From contig OZ024748.1 in assembly GCA_964016885.1 (NCBI GenBank), positions 5,208,001 to 5,272,000 of the forward strand: DNA of 64,000 nt. The letters run 5' to 3'. The notes beneath the pieces were generated by a model. It was not told the origin of the DNA and did no database searches. It saw only the letters and a program-made list of their open reading frames with translations. The translations under genes and the position numbers were made by a program. This DNA comes from Eledone cirrhosa. Lineage: Eukaryota. Of this stretch, positions 54,852 through 64,000 are shown one piece after another (positions within the stretch are counted from its first letter, which is position 1; every line of letters begins with the position of its first letter).

Positions 54852-54938
54852 CTGTGTACGTATACATTTGTTTTGTATTTTAGTTGTAATATATGTATGC
54901 ATAAAATAGAAGAAGCAAACTCATAATTATGAAATTAG

Positions 54939-54995
<57 letters not shown>

Positions 54996-55000
<5 letters not shown>

Positions 55001-55093
55001 GTCTATTGATATACATATATATATACAATCATGGTTATACATATATACATACACGCTTAAACATACCACATATATATTTATATATATATATAT

Positions 55094-55169
<76 letters not shown>

Positions 55170-55279
55170 TGTATATATATACATATATATATATAAATAT
55201 ATATGTGGCATGTTTAAGCGTGTATGTATATATGTATAACCATGATTGTATATATGTATGTATATCAATAGACGTCTAT
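54996..55279. repeat. Inverted duplication (about 100-bp arms) around a (TA)n core
   Basis: ATAGACGTCTATTGATATACAT...CACGCTTAAACATACCACATAT mirrored by ATATGTGGCATGTTTAAGCGTG...ATATCAATAGACGTCTAT. Confidence 0.8.
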
Positions 55280-55845
55280 ATTAACACGACGAATATTACA
55301 AATGAATTAATAACAACAACAATTACCACATGCTGTCATTGTTCTTTTTCTTTTTCTTCTTTTCCTTATGTATACCAAATTGTGTTAGGTAACTAATACC
55401 TGACTCGTGACTAGTGTTCACAAGTCTCTCTATATATATGTATATGTTTATGCAAAAAGTAAACAGAAACAACACGGTACAACGAATAGATATATTAGTT
55501 GAATGCTTGATAAAGTGGGGAAAAACATTGACGTTTCAGATACTTGTCCTTCGAGAGAAATAAAAGGTGAAATAGATAAATAGATAGTGAAAAGAGGAAG
55601 GAAGGAACGGAAAACATTCTGTGTAAAAGTACGTGTGTAAGTGATTAGAGAATTGGATTCGCAATCGTGAGGCTGTGAGTTTGATTCCCGGACCGGGTGA
55701 TGCGTTATGTCTTTCGACAAGATACTTTATTTCACGTTGCTCGTTCTGCCTCGATTTGTGACCGGTAGGTAGTAATAGTAATTGGAAAGACCAATGGAAA
55801 CATTGTTTCCTCGGTCCGATTTGATGAGCTCCACCCAACTCTCAA

Positions 55846-56048
55846 CCCTTTAGCATTTACATTACTCTATATATATATTGTATTTTCTTACATAATTATC
55901 TCACTTAATATAGAATCTATGAGATTTTGATATTATTTATTTTGAGAACAATACCTCAACATCTGTATGAACGCCCAGTTACAACCAGTTTGAACAGAAA
56001 GAGGTGACAGAATTCTGGCCGGATATGGCCTATTTAAATACTGAAGGG
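55846..56048. mobile_element. TTAA-type (piggyBac-like) MITE
   Basis: CCCTTTAGCATTTA / TAAATACTGAAGGG termini; flanked by TCAA and TTAA. Confidence 0.6.
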
Positions 56049-56377
56049 TTAAGCGAATGAGGTCTGGGTTTTTGTTGATCGACTGTTATAGCCCAAACAC
56101 ATGGGAAAACTGTAACAACAGTCGATTAGCTATACATAATACATTTACATAATCTGGTAAAATAATCATAGAAATGTTAAAAAAAGACTAGCTACCTCCA
56201 CGGAAAAGCGAGTGCCGGATAATTTTTATGTGTCTAGGGTTATTTTACCGACTTTTTAAAACTATTATTCATGCATATTCTGCATTTTGGATTCCCACAC
56301 TACCAAATTTCAAAACACTGCGCATCAATAATTCTATATATATACGCATATTATACATATACATATTATACATATAC

Positions 56378-56464
<87 letters not shown>

Positions 56465-56466
<2 letters not shown>

Positions 56467-56578
56467 ACAAAGGAATTGTGGTAAGGAACCAGATGGACCA
56501 TAACGCACCAGAGTACTCAATACAGAAATAGCCGTCGAAACGGCTTGACCTCTGCCGTCGGGGTCATACTTTTTCCTA
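56465..56578 (-). mobile_element. Family B element with one arm deleted
   Basis: Tail ...GAGTACTCAATA is joined directly to the distal arm CAGAAATAGCCGTCGAAAC... Confidence 0.75.
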
Positions 56579-56589
56579 TATATATATAT

Positions 56590-57160
56590 ATATTTCGTTT
56601 CTGAATTTGTTTAGCAAGATTCTTTACCTGAAAACGTGTGATGAAACCAATATTGTTATGCTTTAGGAGGGTCATGTTGCCAATAAGAAACACACGCACC
56701 AGTTGCTTTCACTTCAATTTATAAATTTCCGGTTGGTTGGTTGGTTCCACAACCAGACGATTGTTCACATATTGTCAAAATTCTTTTGTCACAGATTCTG
56801 TGACCTCTTCAGTGACTGGGGATTCTTTTCTTTGTTTTTGTGCCTCTCATTTGTTCTGTCCTACGCCATCTTGTTTTTGTGTGTCATCTTGTTTTTGTGT
56901 GACACACAAAAACAAGATGGCGTAGGACAGAACAAAGGAGAGGCACAAAAACAAAGAAAAGAATCCGCAGTCACTGAAGAGGTCACAGAATGTGTGACGA
57001 AAGAACTTTGACAATATATGAACAATCGTCTGGTTGTGGAACCAACCAACCAACCGGAAATTTATAAATCTTTAAATTTATAAATTTCATTTATAATAAA
57101 TTGAAGTGAAAGCAACTGGTGCGTGTGTTTCTTATTGGCAACATGACCCTCCCAAAGCAT

Positions 57161-57168
<8 letters not shown>
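56590..57168 (-). mobile_element. Fold-back element family F (about 250-bp arms); partial copy at 43200-43463
   Basis: Arms about 56650-56886 and 56900-57168; HHR in the arms; (TA)n flanks. Confidence 0.82.
56970..57012 (+). ncRNA. Minimal type I hammerhead ribozyme (family F)
   Basis: GTCA-CTGAAGA-G-GTCACA-GAATG-TGTGAC-GAAA-GAACTT^TGAC; the antisense twin (about 56774-56816) has GAAA changed to AAAA. Confidence 0.68.
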
Positions 57169-57203
<35 letters not shown>

Positions 57204-57711
57204 GAAAGTGAACATCACAAAATATAACTACTTCATTACCAAATGTTTCTGGATTCCAGACCATAATAATATATGTCTGGATCTGTCGTCAGACAGAGAT
57301 GTTATTAAAAATACAAAAATATACACACATAGACACGTACACGTAGTTATATATATATATAACTACGTGTACGTGTCTATGTGTGTATATGTGTATATGT
57401 ATGTATTTTTATGTTTGTCTGCTTTGCGTATATTTGCGTGTGTGTATGTGTGTGTATATATGTGTGAGTGTGTGTGCGCGCTCGTAAAAGACAATTTAAC
57501 GAATCCGACTGAGAAGGGAGACATGCCAAGCCAATATGTTGTAATACAATCTCTGGAGGACAATGATAGATCTTCGTGAGAATTTCATGCGAAACATTGA
57601 TTGTTAGTGATACGCTATTTGCATGAATGCTCGTACGTTGGTGTTCAGGGTTCTCGGCTGAAAATCCTAAGGCTATGAGTTAGATTCCTTGTGGTGCGTT
57701 GTTTCATTTAA

Positions 57712-58190
57712 TGGTTTCTAATATAGGCATAAGGCCAGCAATTTTGGGGGAGGGTAAAGTCGATTAAATCGACCCCAGTGCGTGACTGGTACTTTATTTT
57801 ATCGACCCCGTAAGGATGAAAGGTAAAGTTAACCTTGGCGGCATTTGAACTCAGATCATAAAGGGCCGTAACGCCATGCTACAAAGCATGGCGTCCGACA
57901 CTTTACCGATACTGCCAATCCACCGCCCTCGCATTGTTTCATGTAATAAGGCATTATATTTCACGGTGTTAGGGCGGTGGATTGGCAATATCGGTAGAGG
58001 GTCGGACGCCATGCTTTGCAGCATATAGTTACGGCCATTTATGATCTGAGTTCAAAATCCTGCCGAAGATAACTTTGCATTTCATCCTTACGAGTAGATA
58101 AAATAAAGTACCAGTCACACACTGGGGTCGATTTAATCGACTTTCTCCTCCCCCAAAATTGCTGGCCTTCTGCCTATATAAGAAACCATT
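57712..58190. mobile_element. Head-to-head pair of full-length S1 SINEs nested in an S2 SINE
   Basis: 57712-57928 minus and 57972-58190 plus; direct repeats TTGTTTCAT.TAAT and CATTATATTTCACG flank the individual copies; S2 head at 57640-57710 and S2 body at 58190-58330. Confidence 0.82.
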
Positions 58191-58974
58191 ATATTTCACG
58201 TCGTTCAATTCACTCAGCTGGGAATAAATGAGTCGTACCTGCAATTTAAATGGTCATCCGTTGAAAACACTGTTTTACGCTGAATCTCCCTGAGAATTAA
58301 GTTATGTGTGTAGATGTCTGTGTAATACCCACATACACGTTTATATTGTGCGCATATTGTAATATTGTTTGAACAACTGGAACACTAACCAAAACGCATA
58401 CACTCCAGTTACTTAAAGCTATCCGCAAAAACATATTCCCATTTTACTTCTATAATTATTATCATTTGAGTAAGTTTAGTGTTTGAATCCCGTCGAGTTT
58501 AGTTTTACTTTTAATTCTTACGGAGTCCATAAAATAAAGTACCAGTAATCTACTGGGGTCGATTTGATCGATTTTTCCCTTTCCCCTCTAAATTGATTGC
58601 TTTGTGGCAAATGTAGAAACAATTCTTTTACTAAGGGTAAGGAATGTGGATAGGCAGAGTGGCTAGATCGTCGAACAACATGCTTTGTGGCATAGAGTTA
58701 CGTCCCTCTGAGTTCAAATCCCGTCGTGGTTAACATTGCATTTCATCATTTTTTGTGTATAGTTTTATGATATTATCAGATCTAATGTGTGTTCTAATGT
58801 TTTTGTGTGAAACTTCACAATGTGGTTTGATATGATAGAAATATAAGAGACATCTGCAAGGATTGTTTTGCAAAGTAATTATAGAAGCAACGAACAAATG
58901 AGATATAGAAAACAGAGAAGACAGATATACAGATACATAGATGAATAAAGAAATATATATTTAGATAGATGTAG

Positions 58975-59163
58975 ATATATTCCATCATTTACATAAAACA
59001 CACACGTACATACATATATAGAAAGTGTACACACATGATATATTCCATCATTTACATAAAACACACACGTACATACATATATAGAAAGTGTACACACATG
59101 ATATATTCCATCATTTACATAAAACACACACGTACATACATATATAGAAAGTGTACACACATA
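58975..59163. repeat. 63-bp tandem repeat, 3 copies
   Basis: TCCATCATTTAC at 58981, 59044 and 59107. Confidence 0.9.
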
Positions 59164-59492
59164 TACAGGATACACAGACCTCAGAAAAGACACAATTACT
59201 GCACACATTTATTCTCCCTACTCATACACACACATAATGCATACTCATAAAAACGAGAGCAAATATTACCACAGAATGAATACAAAACCTGTACATACAC
59301 ACACCAATGTACCACATTACCATACAAACGAAATGTTCGATACAAACCCATACACACGCGTGTATACCCATACACACGCGTGTATACCCATACACACACG
59401 TTAGAATTAACTTGACATCATTAATTCGAGAAAGTAATACTGGATGTCATCTACAGAAATTTTTCCATATCCAGCATGTCACCATTAAATGG

Positions 59493-59552
<60 letters not shown>

Positions 59553-59707
59553 ATAGAACCAGTTTAAAAGTAGTAAGACCATCATTACTCATCAGAGTAC
59601 TTGATACCCAGGGTAGTAGTGTGTGTGTATATATATATATATAAACGAACATCGCTGGTATGAATACAGCGTCCTTCGGCCAGCGTATATATATATATAT
59701 ATATACA

Positions 59708-60194
59708 TAAAAACGAAAAATCAGTGATGCATCTGGACTCAGTTTATTGCGTGTTACAATTGTTTCGCCGGCAGGTAGCTCGAGACATGATCACTGTATG
59801 GATCTGGCTGATTCTACGGCTGCAGGTTCCTTCGGACACGGGCAGTTCGTTCGGAGCAAATTTTCTTTCAAAAAACATCTTTCACTCTTGTCATGCCATT
59901 GGCTGTTGTTATTCTACGTCATGTTTTTTGAAGGTGTTTTTTGACGATAACACCCCAGTGAGAAAATTTGCTCCGAACGAACTACCCGTGTCCGAAGGAA
60001 CCTGCAGCCGTATAATCCATACAGTGATCATGTATCGAGCTACCTGCCTGCGAAACAATTGAAAACACGTAATAAACAGAGTCCAGATGCATCACTGATT
60101 TTTCGTTTTTTTATACTCTCCACACTACTCTGTATGAATATTGAGTGCTAATTTTGGCATGCCGCCTATGGAAAAACCATAGCACTATACACAA

Positions 60195-60196
<2 letters not shown>
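59708..60196 (+). mobile_element. Fold-back element family G (about 145-bp arms, about 100-bp loop, tail)
   Basis: Arms about 59708-59858 and 59961-60112; tail with ACTC...TTGAGTGCT; (TA)n flanks; variant HHR core CCGAAGG...GAAACAATTGTA. Confidence 0.8.
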
Positions 60197-60268
<72 letters not shown>

Positions 60269-60590
60269 GTACATACATGCATATATATATACATATATAA
60301 ATATATAATATAGAGCTGGGAGATAGGTTGAGCTGAAGATGTAGAAGATAAAAGTAAGCAAACCGAAATGACCATAAATTGTACGTTTCTGATAATACTA
60401 CGTATCGAAGCAGGTGTAGATGTGATATGTGTTGCAAAATACTGCAAGCTAAACAATCTATCGTCTGGTGTTTAGCAGATGGTGAGGACAACGGAGGCTC
60501 GAGATAGTGCTTAATAAGATATGTTGAAGGCTATGATGTATATATACACTGACAATGATCTATGTATATATATTGTGTATATATTATATA

Positions 60591-60665
<75 letters not shown>

Positions 60666-60821
60666 TCACCTATCCACACATATATATTTGTAGATATTTG
60701 GTTATATATATATTTAGTAGGAACAAGGGGCTGTGTGGTTACTTGATAAAGTGTATTTAGAAATAAAAGGAAAGCACAAACAAGGGACAGTCCCCTCTTC
60801 AGTTGTCTGTTGGAGGTCACC

Positions 60822-60874
<53 letters not shown>

Positions 60875-60969
60875 GATTTTCTACATCTTCTGTTTACCAA
60901 ATATTTCGTCGTGAGATATTGATGAACCGGAAACTGGAAACTTCAGCAGAAGTTACTCACACACACACA

Positions 60970-61004
<35 letters not shown>

Positions 61005-61016
61005 GCGCGCACAAAC

Positions 61017-61101
<85 letters not shown>

Positions 61102-61531
61102 TGTCTTGAACTATGATTGAACTCGGAGCCATTTTGGTTGGAAATTAATCACTTTCAAACCACATCTACCACTGGCCCCTTTATATAAGAGTTTGAAAAT
61201 AATCTACCCAAAATTTTGAAATATTGAAGCAATAATTCTCTATTCTACACAATCTTCTGAGCCAGCTCCTGGGTATCTAGTGCCCTAGGTTAACACACCT
61301 TTTTACCAAATACAATAATTTCAGTTTATATTTCGTTAAGCTGACAAACCTAGATTTTGCCATTTCTTGCTTTAACCCATAGGCTTTCATTTTCTACTAC
61401 AAATTCTACACCTACCCATATGAAGTTCTGTTGTATGTCATAATATCGTACGTCCCTCTCCACACTACTATGTTACGTTACAAAGGAATTCAGAGGTTTG
61501 TTTAGTGATAACGGGTTCATATTGTATATTT

Positions 61532-61729
61532 CAGGTATGTCAAACATGCGTCCCTTTAGAAGCACACCTGCGGCCCGCATAAAGGTTTTTACAGCGCGAG
61601 CATGTTTTATCTTCGTAATATAAAATAAAAAAAAGTTGTAATATACGCAATAAGTTTTCGTATGTCACACTCAGAAAACACATATGTGACCCATGTGGCT
61701 CTCGGGAGACCCTCAGTTTGACATGCCTG
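61532..61729. mobile_element. hAT MITE
   Basis: TIR CAGGTATGTCAAAC / GTTTGACATGCCTG; perfect 8-bp TSD GTATATTT. Confidence 0.85.
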
Positions 61730-61899
61730 GTATATTTAATACTAGAAATTTCTAAAAATCGTTTCCCTTTAAGAAACCCTGAGATCTATTCCTTAGATGG
61801 CTGCTTAATTAAACTAACGATAGATTACTAATGATAGGTACCTTTCTTTAGATCTCTAACATCATATTTTATACAAATATCCCTTAAATTTGGTTACTA

Positions 61900-62001
<102 letters not shown>

Positions 62002-62012
62002 ATGTATGTATA

Positions 62013-62050
<38 letters not shown>

Positions 62051-62056
<6 letters not shown>

Positions 62057-62150
62057 GTGTCCAAAAAATTGAATAAGCTTCAACAGCGTTCTAATAAATA
62101 TTACCTGCATAGGTAATCAAAGTGTGTATACATTTTTTGGGACACCTTGT
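62051..62150. mobile_element. About 100-bp Tc1/mariner-like MITE
   Basis: TACAGAGTGTCCAAAAAA...TTTTTTGGGACACCTTGT; homologous to 4473-4573. Confidence 0.65.
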
Positions 62151-62151
62151 T

Positions 62152-62276
<125 letters not shown>

Positions 62277-62625
62277 ATTTATATACGTGAACCTAAACAT
62301 CGAGTGCTCACCCGGGTGAACGTACAGTAACTCCGCGTTACACTCCCTGGATATATATGTATGTATGTATATATATATATCCGTCGTCTTCCCCACCAGT
62401 CTGGTATATACATTTTCTGAAGTACACTCACCATTCACATACACAGACACATATATTATACAATTATACAGAGTCTTCTACAGACATTCCCGAAACAATT
62501 ACACACACAACCTCTAGAAATCTACTGAAACAGTCAACCAGCGAGAAAGTCATTTATTTTATGTGGAAGGCTGACACTTACGAACATTTACACACACACA
62601 CACCTATACATATATATGTACATAC

Positions 62626-62693
<68 letters not shown>

Positions 62694-62791
62694 GTATACG
62701 TATATATATATCTGTATATATATATATATCTGTATATATATATATATCTGTATATATATATATATCTGTATATATATATATATCTGTATAC

Positions 62792-62856
<65 letters not shown>

Positions 62857-64000
62857 CGTATATCGTATACATATATATATATATATATATATTCATAAAC
62901 ATATATATATATATATATATATATTCATAAACATATATATACATATACATATATATACATATACATATTTACATACATATATACATACATACTTGTACTT
63001 ATATATATATGTATGAATGTATATATATATATATATACATATACACATACGCACACATTACATGATATAAATATTCATAAACATATATATACATATACAT
63101 ATACATATACATACATATACATATTTATATACATATATACATACATACTTGTACTTATATATATATGTATGAATGTATATATATATATATGTATGAATGT
63201 ATATATATATGTATGAATGTATATATATATATATATGTATATATATATACATATACACATATACACACATTCATACGTAGACATACACTAATCAAATGGC
63301 CAGACCTGACTTCCTATAAATCTCTAGAGCCAAGCAACAACGGCTAACCCGGAGGACATATTTGTGTAAGGTAAGACCCGAGTTCAAGAGAGAACGAAAG
63401 AAATAAGGAAAGCAAGAAAGGAGGTAATGAATGGTAAGGTAAGAGAGGACAGACGCTATACTTTACAGGTATTCACTTCAATTGATTCTCAAATAAATCT
63501 TTGTTTTACCTCACTGGTCAACCCTCAGGTAAATATACTCCAACTTTGACATAATTTATGTTCGTATTGATGTATCGTTTTGTATGTATGTGTATATGTA
63601 TGTATGGTGTTGTATATAAGATTTGTTTAATGTAGGTATATTTGTGTGCGTGTGTGTGTTCGTTTGTATCTATGTAAGCAATTGTGTATGTATGATTTTA
63701 AATGCAACTGTTTGTCTATGTATGATATTGTATGTGTGTATGTATGTATGTATGTATGTATGTATGTATGTATGTATGTATGTATGTATGTATGTATGTA
63801 TGTATGTATGTATGTATAGGAGAATGAACGTATGTTCGGATCAATGTGCATGTGTACGTATGAATGCGTGTGTGTGTATATTTGCATGGACGTGAGTGCG
63901 AGTGTGTGCGTGTGTATAAGTAAGACAAATTCTCACAATTACCCCAGCAGAGGTATAATCAGACCTGTGACTAAGTTTGGTTTTCTACTAGCAACTATTA

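Noticed and set aside
55520-55556. Further GAAACGTH half-hammerheads (also near 3370, 26540, 33205 and 60405)
   Set aside because: The CUGANGA box or stem I is missing; too degenerate to call.

Overview
Repeat-saturated, AT-rich eukaryotic DNA with no recognisable host exon. The very dense (TA)n/(CA)n/(GA)n microsatellites and the two tRNA-derived SINE families suggest a cephalopod, probably Octopus; this is an inference from repeat content only. Nearly all ORFs in the supplied track are microsatellite or satellite artefacts. The main signal is a Penelope-like element (PLE) system sitting inside (TA)n tracts. It includes a 5'-truncated element whose uninterrupted, ATG-less frame (15383-15847, missed by the ORF track) encodes a Naiad-type GIY-YIG endonuclease and which ends in a minimal type I hammerhead ribozyme (HHR). 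It also includes at least seven families of short non-coding fold-back elements, most with intact or variant HHR cores, and most of their tails share an ACTC-N12-18-GAGTRCT hairpin motif. Also present: L1/Tx1 and RTE LINE 3' fragments, hAT, Tc1/mariner-like and TTAA-type MITEs, a 2.8-kb 75-bp satellite expanded inside a hAT MITE, and two head-to-head SINE pairs. Coordinates were read by eye and may be off by a few bases.
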